This document shows positions 20,586-32,783 of a DNA stretch of 64,000 nt, piece by piece. Position numbers and translations under genes: made by a program. The stretch comes from an uncultured Chloroflexia bacterium (GTDB lineage: Bacteria > Chloroflexota > UBA6077 > JACCZL01): assembly GCA_963765765.1 (NCBI GenBank), contig CAVXYC010000029.1, positions 120,761-184,760 on the forward strand, written 5' to 3'. The notes under the pieces were generated by a model. The model was not told the DNA's origin. It searched no databases and was given only the letters and a program-made list of their open reading frames with translations. Numbering within the stretch: the stretch's first letter is position 1; every line of letters starts with the position of its first letter.

Positions 20586-22288
20586 TTGCCGAGGCTGGCG
20601 GCGCCTACCAATGGTATCGGTATTCGCGCGCCGTCGCGTCAGAGCTAGCGCGTCTCGAATGCGCTACACCGCTGCTCGCACAGCTCTTGATCAATCGAGG
20701 CGTCAGGTCTCCTGAGGATGCGCGACGCTTCCTGATGCCCGATCTGGGCATTCTACGGGATCCCTTCATGCTCAAAGGCATGGCTGAAGCGGCCGATCGA
20801 CTGCTCCGAGCCGTCCAACAGAATGAGCGGATCGCGATCTATGGCGATTACGACGTGGATGGGCTCACCGCGAGCAGCGTCCTGTATGCCTTCCTGCGAG
20901 GACTCGGCGTCCAGCCAGATGTATTCATTCCGCATCGAATTCGAGACGGCTACGGACTCAATCACCGGGCACTCGATATGCTGGTGGATGGCGGAGCGGC
21001 GGTGATCGTGACCGTGGACTGCGGGATCACCGCGATCGACGAGGTGGCTCACGTTCGCTCCCGCGGTGTGGACATTGTGGTCACGGATCATCATCCGGCG
21101 TTGCCCGATATTCCGGCGGCCACGGCCGTGGTCAACCCCAACCAGCCAGATTGCGGATTCCCATTCAAATATCTGTCTGGCGCGGGAGTCGCGTTTAAGC
21201 TCGCTCAGGCCATGGCGGATCGTCTGGGCACCGCGCGTGCTCAGGAAGCGGTCATGAACGTCGTGGATCTCGCGGCGCTCGGCACTATGGCTGACGTGGT
21301 TCCGTTGATCGACGAGAATCGCGTACTGGTGTCCAGTGGTTTGGCCTACATGCGGCGCGGAGCCAATCGCCCGGGCATTGCCCACCTTGCAAGAGTGGCC
21401 GGCGTTGACCTGTCCACGGCCACGGCTGAATCGCTTGCGTTCTATCTAGCCCCCCGCTTGAACGCGGCCGGAAGGTTGGGCGATGCGCGTCACGCGTTTG
21501 ACCTTCTTCATAGCGAGAGTGATGAAGAGGCGGCTCATTTAGCGGAATCCTTGAACACACTCAACATCGAGCGTCAGGGTCAGACGGATGAGTTCGTTGA
21601 GCGCGCTCGTGAAGCGCTTCGGCTCCACCCGCCGCATGGCGTGGTCATCGTCTCGGGAGACTACCCTCTCGGTATCGCAGGCATTGTCGCTGCCCGTTTG
21701 GTGGACGATTACCAGCTTCCAGCGATCGTCTTGGGAGAGGTCGACGGTCAGCTCAAGGGCTCTGCACGGGCCCCTGAGCCGTTCAACATTGCGGACGGAC
21801 TACGCGCCGCTGCCCCGCTTCTGGGCAGGTTCGGCGGGCACCCGCGAGCGGCCGGACTTTCCATCTCTCCGGACAAACTTGAAGATCTCCGATCCACGCT
21901 CGAGCGCTACTTTGAGCCAATGGTCGTTCCCGGGGAACGCAAGCCACCACTAATCATCGATGCTCTCGTGCGACCGGAGACCATCAACTTCGAGACTGTC
22001 GCGACCCTGGAAGTACTCGACCCGTGTGGGGAATCCAATCCTGGGCCGGTACTGTTGTGGCACGGAGCCGAAGTCATCTCGCACAAAATCGTCGGCAAGG
22101 GGCATATTTCGATGAACTTGCGTGGTTCGGGGAAAGTCATGAGAACCATCACGTTTCGCCCCAAACTGCCGCCGCCAAGTCAGGGCCAGCGTCTCGACGT
22201 GGCATTCGAAGCCCGGCGAGAGATCTGGAACGAATCACCGCGACTCAGCCTCAGAGTCAGAGATTGGCGTCCGGCGCAGATGGCTTGA
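20555..22288 (+). CDS. recJ: Single-stranded-DNA exonuclease RecJ
   Basis: YGDYDVDG, TVDCGI, TDHH, GTMADVVPL, PRLNAAGR, GGHPRAAG. Confidence 0.96.
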   Translation: MTDPVARELPLAEAGGAYQWYRYSRAVASELARLECATPLLAQLLINRGVRSPEDARRFLMPDLGILRDPFMLKGMAEAADRLLRAVQQNERIAIYGDYDVDGLTASSVLYAFLRGLGVQPDVFIPHRIRDGYGLNHRALDMLVDGGAAVIVTVDCGITAIDEVAHVRSRGVDIVVTDHHPALPDIPAATAVVNPNQPDCGFPFKYLSGAGVAFKLAQAMADRLGTARAQEAVMNVVDLAALGTMADVVPLIDENRVLVSSGLAYMRRGANRPGIAHLARVAGVDLSTATAESLAFYLAPRLNAAGRLGDARHAFDLLHSESDEEAAHLAESLNTLNIERQGQTDEFVERAREALRLHPPHGVVIVSGDYPLGIAGIVAARLVDDYQLPAIVLGEVDGQLKGSARAPEPFNIADGLRAAAPLLGRFGGHPRAAGLSISPDKLEDLRSTLERYFEPMVVPGERKPPLIIDALVRPETINFETVATLEVLDPCGESNPGPVLLWHGAEVISHKIVGKGHISMNLRGSGKVMRTITFRPKLPPPSQGQRLDVAFEARREIWNESPRLSLRVRDWRPAQMA

Positions 22289-22411
22289 GGGTATGTGGAC
22301 GACGCCAATCGGAATTGTTACGTCTCGCTCGCCGGTTGGCATACTTCGGCCCTATACTCACACGGTTAACCCAATTCACAAGAAGAGCTCCTGGAAGAGG
22401 AAGTTATCGCT

Positions 22412-23053
22412 GTGGCTGATCTAGTTGAAATCAAGGCATCGCGCCGCACTGCGCTTGGCAAGAAGGTTAAGGCACTCCGTCGCGAAGGACAGGTTCCCGC
22501 TAACGTGTATGGACGAAAGCAGGCCTCGCTTGCCGTTCAGCTCGTGAATCGAGAGATTGAGCACTTGCTCGCGACCCACTCACGGTCTCAGGTTGTGTCG
22601 GTGGACGTTGAGGGCCAGCAAGAGCCCGCACTGATCTCCGCTGTGCAGCGGCATCCCACCCGACAGCACGTGCTCCACGTGGATTTCCAACGAGTCTCGA
22701 TGGATATCCCCGTTCAGGTAAACGTGACGCTCTCATTTCATGGCGAGGCTCCGGCGATTCGCCTTCACGAGGCCGTCATCGTGCACAACCTTTCCGAAGT
22801 GAGTGTGCTGGGCCTCCCCGCGGTCATTCCATCAGAGATTCAAGTAGACGTCTCGGCCCTCGAAGATGTTGACGCGTCAATCTTCGTCCGCGACCTGAGC
22901 GTCGGGGATGGGCTACAAATCATGTCCGACCCGGATGAGCTTGTGGCCCGTGCCGTGAGGTCCACTGTAGAGGCCGAAGAGCCCGAGACGGAAGCCGAAG
23001 CCGTTGAGGAGACGCCAGCCACCGACGAAGCTCCTGCCGAAACCGAATCGTAA
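22412..23053 (+). CDS. rplY: 50S ribosomal protein L25/Ctc
   Basis: LRREGQVPANVYG, QRHP, LHVDFQRV, acidic tail. Confidence 0.95.
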   Translation: MADLVEIKASRRTALGKKVKALRREGQVPANVYGRKQASLAVQLVNREIEHLLATHSRSQVVSVDVEGQQEPALISAVQRHPTRQHVLHVDFQRVSMDIPVQVNVTLSFHGEAPAIRLHEAVIVHNLSEVSVLGLPAVIPSEIQVDVSALEDVDASIFVRDLSVGDGLQIMSDPDELVARAVRSTVEAEEPETEAEAVEETPATDEAPAETES

Positions 23054-23068
23054 GCTTCCTCGATCCAG

Positions 23069-23099
23069 AAAAAGCGCCCCTCCTTGGGGGCGCTTTTTT
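23069..23099 (+). terminator. Rho-independent (bidirectional) terminator after rplY
   Basis: AAAAAGCGCCCC-TCCTTG-GGGGCGCTTTTTT. Confidence 0.9.
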
Positions 23100-23125
23100 A
23101 TTTGGCGGGTTGGCTGACTTAGCAG

Positions 23126-23227
23126 TTTGGACCGCGGCGGTCCTCGCCGCTTTTATACCGAGCGGAACGAATACCGAGGACGGCTTCCAGCCTCGTGGGA
23201 AAGCGGCGAAGAACGCCGCAGTCCAAA
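23126..23227. repeat. REP-like doublet, 28-bp inverted arms
   Basis: TTTGGACCGCGGCGGTCCTCGCCGCTTT (23126-23153) and AAAGCGGCGAAGAACGCCGCAGTCCAAA (23200-23227), three mismatches; each arm is itself palindromic. Confidence 0.85.
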
Positions 23228-23260
23228 GTCGATCAGCCGGGAATCGGCTGACTATAACTA

Positions 23261-23872
23261 CTACCGCGCTCGGTCGAGTCTCGCAGCGATCTCTTGTGCT
23301 GTGGCGAGGTCATTGGGCTCGTTGACGTTAAAAAATGAAATCAGCTCGGGATCATGTACCTTGAGCTCAGACTCCTCCAGCCTGGCCACCTTGAGATCAT
23401 CGAGAAACGCTATCATCCGCATTTGGCCACGATCAAGCGCTTCCTGGATTGCCTGGATGCAGGGATCCCGTCGGTACACCGACAACATGGGCTCCGGTCG
23501 GCCGTCGGTGTACGGCAAGCACACGTCGTAGCCTTTGCACAGCTCAAACATATGCGTGATGAGCGGTACCTGGATGAAGGGCATGTCGCACGCCGTGACC
23601 AAACAGAGTTCAGCGGAGCTTGCTTTTAATCCGGTGAGGAGGGCCGGGAGCACACCGGCGTGAGGCGAGGCGTCGTGAAAGAGTGGAAGGTTGAGCGGGG
23701 CTAATGCGTCGTCGTTGACGATAATCGCGACGTCATCCACAAGGGGCTGGACCGCCTGGAGCGCGCGATCAACGATACGCTGGGTGCCCACGGCGAGAAG
23801 GGCTTTATTGACGCCTCCGAGACGGCTTCCGTGGCCGCCGGCAAGCATCACCCATCCTCTCATCAATAACAT
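23261..23872 (-). CDS. mobA: Molybdenum cofactor guanylyltransferase
   Basis: LAGGHGSRLGGVNKAL, ACDMPF, EPMLSVY, FFNVNEPNDL. Confidence 0.92.
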   Translation of the reverse strand: MLLMRGWVMLAGGHGSRLGGVNKALLAVGTQRIVDRALQAVQPLVDDVAIIVNDDALAPLNLPLFHDASPHAGVLPALLTGLKASSAELCLVTACDMPFIQVPLITHMFELCKGYDVCLPYTDGRPEPMLSVYRRDPCIQAIQEALDRGQMRMIAFLDDLKVARLEESELKVHDPELISFFNVNEPNDLATAQEIAARLDRAR

Positions 23873-23919
23873 GGGCCGCTGTCCCGGTAGGGAGAAGTTG
23901 CCCGGGATTGGCTTACTGA

Positions 23920-24102
23920 CTACGCCGCGGAATCCTTAGAGGTGGGGCTATCAGGCTTCTTGTCTTTCTCGTCGGTGGCGGTTCGGAATTCCTTGATGCC
24001 CTTACCCAGGGCGCCGCCGATTTCCGGAAGCTTGCCAACGCCGAAGACGATCACGACGAGAAGCAGAATGATGATGAGCTCAGGAGCACCGAGAGCCGGC
24101 AT
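23920..24102 (-). CDS. tatA: Twin-arginine translocase subunit TatA
   Basis: [37 protein letters not shown]. Confidence 0.95.
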   Translation of the reverse strand: MPALGAPELIIILLLVVIVFGVGKLPEIGGALGKGIKEFRTATDEKDKKPDSPTSKDSAA

Positions 24103-24159
24103 GGAAGCCTCCTACAGGCGAATCATAGTAAGCATATCGGATAAGAGCGATTTACCACG

Positions 24160-24191
24160 AAAAAGCCCGCCACAAATAAGGTTGGCGGGCT
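24160..24191 (-). terminator. Terminator after tRNA-Glu
   Basis: Minus strand AGCCCGCCA...TGGCGGGCT followed by a T run. Confidence 0.65.
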
Positions 24192-24267
24192 GGTAGCGCA
24201 TACGGGATTCGAACCCGTGGTCTCCGCCTTGAGAGGGCGGTGTCCTAGGCCGCTAGACGAATGCGCC
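24191..24267 (-). tRNA. tRNA-Glu (anticodon CTC)
   Basis: GGCGCAT/ATGCGCT acceptor stem, anticodon arm CCGCC-CTCTCAA-GGCGG, T arm ACGGG-TTCGAAT-CCCGT, encoded CCA. Confidence 0.97.
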
Positions 24268-24479
24268 ACGATTCAGAACGGAGTAATGGTACACAGGGAT
24301 GATTTGTTCCGTCCACCCCTGCGCCGTAGGAAAACGGTCTGACAGGGCCGAGCGTTGCTGCTGTTTGCCTTCGACCCAAAAACCCGAATTTCTGACTGGC
24401 GATGGTCTTCGTGGAATCGAAAGCGATTCGAAAGTTCGAGCCAGGTGGAACCCGTTCGCGTAATCTTCAGGAGGACACC

Positions 24480-24656
24480 GTGACAGATTTCTTGCGAACT
24501 GCCTGGTCTGACGACGAAGACGACATCATTGAGGATGACGATCCTGCCTCGGCGGTCAACAATATCGATCTAGGTGATCTGGGAGCCTTTCCAGCGGCGG
24601 TGGTGGCGGAAACCGGGGCAACTCCAACTCTAGTTCGGATAGCTGAGCGCGTGTGA
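24480..24656 (+). CDS. Small acidic hypothetical protein (58 aa)
   Basis: Strong RBS AGGAGG before GTG 24480; MTDFLRTAWSDDEDDIIEDDD... Confidence 0.35.
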   Translation: MTDFLRTAWSDDEDDIIEDDDPASAVNNIDLGDLGAFPAAVVAETGATPTLVRIAERV

Positions 24657-24690
24657 GCCGCTCAACATAACCTGGCGCCGCAGCGGACAT

Positions 24691-24729
24691 GAAAAGAGCC
24701 GTATCGATGAACTCGATACGGCTCTTTTC
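24691..24729. terminator. Bidirectional terminator downstream of katG
   Basis: GAAAAGAGCCGTATCGA-TGAAC-TCGATACGGCTCTTTTC perfect 17-bp stem. Confidence 0.88.
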
Positions 24730-24787
24730 GAGTGGCTAGGACTCGAGCCTAGTCGCCGGTCTGCGCAGCGAGTGGCCGCTGCGATGC

Positions 24788-27012
<2,225 letters not shown>

Positions 27013-27438
27013 CTAGCTGATTCCCTCTTAATGGCTCATAGCTCTAAACGTTTGTTGCTCAGATCCAACGTCGGTCGCCCACCTGGTGTCGCACCACCCA
27101 TTTCCGCGCTAACTCGCCGCACGTCATACAAGGCGAGCGACACACTCAGGGCTTTGGCTTTGGTAGATGACCAAATCTGTCGATCTGCTAGCCCGGGTCT
27201 CGGCGCTCGTCCCCGTATATCGCTGACCGCAACGCTGATGTGGCGGTGCTCAGACCTCGTCCGGTTCGCCCGCCGCGCGGTGTTTGATGGAGCAAGGCTT
27301 TCTACCGCAGATCGGCTCGGTGCACCTCCTCTCGACCACTCGCAATTTCGCCCCGTACTATACTGCGACGTTCCCCGTGGAATGATTTGCTCGGTACAGC
27401 GAAAAATACTCCCCGACTTCGGGAAAGTCAATGCCTGT

Positions 27439-27567
27439 AGAGAATAGTTCTCAACGACTTTCACCGCCCCACCGCTGTGCCGCCGGTCATCAGCTTTCCC
27501 ACGATGCGCTACGCATGCAGCGCGGTGGCTCCCCGTGATCGCTGTCATTCCCTGTGTAATTATAATT
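27439..27567. promoter_or_regulatory. Candidate Fur/PerR boxes between katG and the Fur-family gene
   Basis: AGAGAAT-A-GTTCTCA (27439-27453, imperfect 7-1-7) and the AATTATAATT palindrome (27558-27567), both AT-rich islands in GC-rich DNA. Confidence 0.5.
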
Positions 27568-27619
27568 GGGAGTAGAATAGTCGAAAATACCGGAAGGGAT
27601 GCGGGACCTCGCGCCGAGC

Positions 27620-28069
27620 ATGACCGAGGAGCAGGCGAAAGCCAGAGTCGAGGAGATCGTGACCAGGCTGCGGGCACAGGGGCATCGCCTCACTCCGCAG
27701 CGGCTGGCGGTTGTGCGCGCCCTGGTTGGCAGCTCTGAGCACCCTAGCGCCGAGCAGGTCTACCAGCGGCTCCAACCCGACTACCCGATGATGAGCCCGG
27801 CCACGGTTTACAAGACCATTGATACCCTCAAGGCTCTCGATGAGGTCCTTGAGCTGGAGTTCCGTGACGGGCCCAACCGCTACGACGCCAACATCCCGAA
27901 TTCCCACCCGCACCTGATGTGCACCCGCTGCGGCCGTATCGACGACCTTGAGATCGGAGACATCGACCACCTGGCCCAGCCAGCTCTCGCCCAGAGCGGC
28001 TACCAGGTCCTCCGACACCGTGTGGACTTCTACGGCTTCTGCCCGAGCTGCGCCACAACTACGGTATAG
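27620..28069 (+). CDS. perR: Fur-family peroxide-responsive repressor (PerR-like)
   Basis: RLTPQR, HPSAEQVY, ATVYKT, RYD, HPHLMCTRCG, GFCPSC; divergent from katG. Alternative start 27599. Confidence 0.85.
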   Translation: MTEEQAKARVEEIVTRLRAQGHRLTPQRLAVVRALVGSSEHPSAEQVYQRLQPDYPMMSPATVYKTIDTLKALDEVLELEFRDGPNRYDANIPNSHPHLMCTRCGRIDDLEIGDIDHLAQPALAQSGYQVLRHRVDFYGFCPSCATTTV

Positions 28070-28251
28070 AGCTCCCGCCCCGAAATTCGCGAGCCCGGGG
28101 CCGTCAGCTAGGGCTCAGTTGTCTGCGGCGAGTTATTCTCGGAGCGCAGGCTGAGCTGGAACGATTGTGCCACGTCTTGGCGGCCGGCCGCGGAGGCAAT
28201 TTGTCCAGCTTGTGCCAATCAACCGCGTCTAGTAATTTTCAATACTGAGTT

Positions 28252-28295
28252 TGGCTGCCGAACTAGAATTCAAACGTAGACACCGTGATCCAGAG
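28252..28295 (-). repeat. Degenerate 3' half of tRNA-Gln (att-like duplicate)
   Basis: TGGCTGCCGAACTAGAATTCAAACGTAGACACCGTGATCCAGAG matches 28639-28683 with few differences. Confidence 0.75.
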
Positions 28296-28638
28296 ATCCG
28301 GTGTCTCCACACCTTAGTACGTCAGCACAGTGGTGTTGATACGTGGTCCCGTGGCAAAGGGCGTTCACTTCTGAAGCCTCGAAATTGCTGGAACGATCAG
28401 AAGAGACTATTAACCGTCGCAGGCTTCGAAGGATCAAGCAGATCCGCAACGAACGACTCCCCGTGCTCGCGTCGCTCGTACGCCACGACGACAGGTGATG
28501 ACTTCAGACACGCTTCGATCGTAGCCGGTGCCATGTTTTCGAAAAAAGCGGCGCTCGCAGTAACCTGGCGCCGCGGGGCGTGAATTGGCTCAGAAGTGAA
28601 CTTGAGCAGGCCGATTCGATGCCTGCTCAATGATTGTC

Positions 28639-28723
28639 TGGCTGCCGAACTCAGGATTCGAACCTAGACACCGTGATCCAGAGTCCCCGAGCGCTATGCG
28701 CTGTGCCATTATACTACACGGCG
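28639..28723 (-). pseudogene. Degenerate tRNA-Gln(CTG)-like sequence
   Basis: Minus strand TAGTATAATGGC D region, GA-CTCTGGA-TC anticodon loop (CTG), AGGTTCGAATCCT T arm, ends GCCA. Acceptor stem is mismatched and there is an extra AGCGCATAGCGCT hairpin. Confidence 0.65.
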
Positions 28724-29110
28724 CTTTCAAAATGCGTCCAGTCATGGTGTACTCCGGATTCGCTCGAACCGCAAGCAAGAGGCGCTGGGGGGAGACTCGG
28801 CGTGGGCTGTCCCGGCGAGTCCATAGCCGCCGCTACGGCCTTCCAAGGTCACTGCTTAGAGGAATATCATTGGAAATGCGAACAGTCTGGCATACTCGCG
28901 GCCGCGGTGAGAGCAGGCTGAGTTAGGAGGGTTCGAACCCGACGCTGCGGAGCAAGAAGTGCTTCCACTGCTCGGCCGACATGGCAGTTGCTCTTCGACC
29001 GCTATACGCTGGCTCGTCGTTTCAACGGCCTTCTCGGGACGTGTGGGATAATGGCTCGGGTTCCGGGCGGCGAATCCGGCGGGCCGCAGCAGGTAGCAGA
29101 GGAGGCGTCC

Positions 29111-29675
29111 ATGGACCGTGGCGCCATCGCGACGCAGATGCGCACGCGGGACGTCGTCACGCCACGCACCCGCCTCGTCTTCCCCTCGCACTCTTGGCGA
29201 TCCAGGGCTTCCACCTCGTGGAGCGCCTCACGCAGGTCGTTCAGCGCTATCTCTTTGGCATCGCCAACGGCAACGGTATCCTGGGCAGCGTGGCGGACAT
29301 CGAACCGGTCCACTTCATCTATAACGTGGCCTACCTCGCACTGCTCGCCGCGCTCTACATGCTGCTCGGCCTGCACCAGCACGGGCCACGTCGCGTTGGG
29401 CAAGCAGCCTTCGCCCTCGTGACGTTCGCGCTGGTATTTCAAGGGTTCCATGTCGTGGAGCACGTGGCCAAGATGGTGCAGTACCTGCAACTGGGCCTCC
29501 GAAACGGGACCGGCGGGATTCTGGGGGACGGGCCCGGCGCGCTGGTGCCGCTGTTCCCGATCCCGCTGCTCCACCAGGTGTACAACGCCATGCCTACGCC
29601 GCGGTGCTGCCTTTATCTGCGCCCAGGATGGCGGAGCCCGGTCGGGCAGGCACCTCCGCCGACACAGCGATCTAA
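29111..29675 (+). CDS. Multi-pass membrane protein with conserved His/Glu motifs (frameshifted)
   Basis: Repeated QGFHLVE / QGFHVVEH and HFIYN / HQVYN helices; ends are approximate because of frameshifts. Confidence 0.6.
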
Positions 29676-29695
29676 TTACGCCCCATAACCAGGGA

Positions 29696-30941
29696 CTAGG
29701 CGCCGATCAATGCCTTAAGCTGCTCCGTGGCCTGCTGTTGCAGCGGGAGCGCGTCCTCCACGTTGCCAAAGAGATACTCGCGTTTCGCTTTCTCGAAGTC
29801 CATGCCTGGATGCACAGCTACATCAAAAGGCGGGACGTCTGTTCGGCGACTGTTGAATCTCAGGTGCTCCGTGACCGCGACACCACCGTCCTTACTGAGT
29901 AGCCAGTTGATCATCACTCGTGCGGCGTTGGGGTGGGGCGCCTTGGTATAGAGCAACACCGCGTACATGTTCACGGATTTCATCTCGGGCACGTCGAGCG
30001 GCGCCACGTTCTTGGCCAGGCCCTCGGCGGCGAACTGTTCAAGGATGGGCCCCATCGCTCCGCTAGCAAACGCCGATTGGCCTCGCACCAGCGCTTCCGT
30101 GGCTTGCCGCACATCTTTCACGAACACCGGCTGCTGATCGACGAAGATCTTCTTGAGGTACTCTTCGGCCTGATCCTTCATGTGGTAGTTCATGTTCACC
30201 GCGATCAGATAGGTGGCTCCAACCTGATACTCCATGAACGTGAGCTGGCCTTTCCACTTCGGGTCCGCCATCTCCGTGATGCTCTGGGGTTTCTCCTTCA
30301 CGAGATCGGTGTTGTAGAAGAGCGATTGGACCTGGTCCCAGGTGATCCCGATGACCTTTTGCTTCGCCTTGTCCATGAATCCAGCGTCCAGCCCACCGAT
30401 CCAGGCCGCGTCATTCTTCGCGTCAGGATGGATGATGGCCGGGCGAATGTCGTCAAAGGCTCCAGCCGGCATCATGCTGCCCATAATGGGACCGCCAGGC
30501 GACAGTAAGGCTACGTCGTATGAGAAGAGGCCGCCGGCTTGTTCCTGGAGTATCGGCGGCGCGAGGAAACTTGCCGATGCAGCGGATTTTTGCTCCACCT
30601 CAATGGAGGGGTAGGCGGCTTGAAACTTGTCGAGAACCTTACGGTACCCCTCGCCAGAAAGAGTGGTAACGGCGATTTTGCCTTCCTTATTCGCAGCATC
30701 TAAAACCGTCTCCCACTCGGCAGTGGCGCTGGCTGGCTGCGCAGGTGCCTTTTGGGCGGGCGCGGCGTCCGTCTTGGCTGGTGCCGTCTGTGGCGCCACT
30801 ACGGTGGGCTGAGCCGCGGGTGTCGCCCGGCGCACAGGCGGCCGCGAGTGCCGCTACACCGGCCAGGCTGCTCAGGCGGATAAAGTCGCGCCTTCGGATC
30901 GAATGCCCCGAAACACCATTGGAACGAGTGTTAGAGTCCAC
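29696..30941 (-). CDS. ABC substrate-binding lipoprotein with Tat signal, FbpA/thiamine-type (frameshift near 30820)
   Basis: RRRDFIRL...LAAAC lipobox; WETVLDAANKEGK, DPKWKG, KAPHPNAARVMINWLLSKDG. Confidence 0.88.
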
Positions 30942-31005
30942 ACCAACACCTCCTGGCTTCTCATGCCACGGGCAGGCAACATGTCCACTGCGATTGTTAT
31001 TGAGG

Positions 31006-32741
31006 TTAGCCGCCTACCCCACGGTAACCGAAGATTCGGGCGAGCAGTGCGAGTATGAGGGATATTCCGAGCAAGATCACGGAGAGAACGGAGGCAACCT
31101 CGTATTTCCCCTCGACCAGATAATTCAGTTGCAGCACGGAGAGAGGCTGCGTTGATGGGGTGGAGAGCAGCGACACTTGGGCAATGTTGCGGCTGGCGCT
31201 GAGGAACGTGATGATTGCCGTCACGATCAACGTGGGGCTGAGTAGTGGCAGCACGACGCGTAAGTATGTACGGAAGGCATTAGCGCCGGTGACCCAGGAC
31301 GCCTCCTCAAGCTCGGTGCCAAGCTGCATCAGACCACTCTTCACGATTTGGACCGTGAAGGGCATGCTAGCGATGACCAACGCCAGCACTAATGCCGCCA
31401 TGGTTCCATAGATCGGTCGGAAACCGGGCTGGAGAAGCATGGTCACCAGTCCGAGGCTCAGAACCACCCGGGCACTGTAAATGGGAGCCACGTAACCATA
31501 TCCAGAGCTCCTCGACCAAAGAACTTGGTGCGGACGAGGACGTATGCCAGAAACGAGTGGAGTACCACGGAAACGAGCGCCGTGCTGATTGCCAAAGTTA
31601 ACGTGTTTCCGAGTGCGCGCCCCAGCACCCGGTCATTGAGCGCGGCACTCCAGTGTTGAAGGCTCCAGCCATCCGCCATAAAGAAGCCAAAGAGCTTCAT
31701 GAACGTACCCATGATGGCGAACACAACTGGAACCCCGACAATCAAGGCGAGCAGGATCGCGATTGACGCACTTAAGGGCCAACGCCATCGACCCAATGGG
31801 ATAAGCTGTCCGCCGAACTTCCAGGTTACCGTCGCATAGGAACGGTCAGCCAGGACCTTCCGCTGCATCAGGATAAGTATCATCGAGACCGCGATGGTCA
31901 CCACCGCTAATGCTGCTACCGCGTCATACCGTGGTGGTTGCTGATTCAACACGCTGTAGATCCAGGTGCTGAAGACGCGCAAGTTGATGCGACCGCCGAG
32001 GATTTGCTCGATCTCAAATGCTTCCAATGAGCGCAGAATCGCAAGGAGCTGCACAGCGAGAATCACGGGCAGCATCAGCGGGATGAAGATCCGTCGGAGC
32101 GTTCCGAGCGTACTGGAGCCCGAAATGTACGACGCTTCCTCGAACGAAGCATTCATGTTCCGAAATGCCGGTGTGAGGAGCATGACCTTCACTGCGACGG
32201 TCGTGGCCATGAGCTGTACCCAGACGATGCCCCAGAAGGAGTAAATCGTCATCGGACCAGACGTGCCTCCACCCAGGCCAATCGAACGCAGCCACTGATT
32301 GATCAGCCCGAACTGCGGATCCAGCAGCAGGATCCAGCTCAACGTGACGGTCAGACTGGGAAAGAAAAAGGCTAGCCAGAAGAGGAACTCGAACACGCGT
32401 GCGCCAGGGAGATCAGTGCGAGCCAGGAGCCACGCAATGAACACTCCAACCACAAGAGCAATGCCCTGACGAACGACGGTGAGCGTGACGGTATTCCACG
32501 CTGCGGATTGAAGCCCGCGATCGCTGACGACGGCTCGCCAACCATCTAAGCCCCACACGGGCATCTGACCGGGGATTGCTGCGTTAAAGCTCTGGATGAC
32601 GATTTGAACGATGGGATAGGCGGTTACAAAGAGCACGAACAACGCGACAAGTGTTAGGAGAACGGTGGAAAGCTCGAGCCTTTGAATGCGCCGCACGTGC
32701 GGCGCCGGCTGTGCAATCAGTTCAGGACTGGCCGTGCTCAT
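31006..32741 (-). CDS. FbpB-type ABC permease, two TM domains (frameshift near 31470)
   Basis: AWLLARTDLPG; EAA motifs FEEASYISGS and LEEASWVTGA. Confidence 0.9.
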
Positions 32742-32783
32742 AGCGCCCCACAACCGAGTCTTAAGATCAAGGCGGGCATCAAT

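Noticed and set aside
28252-28965. CRISPR array
   Set aside because: Repeats are tRNA-derived and degenerate, spacers are hundreds of bp, and no cas genes are present.
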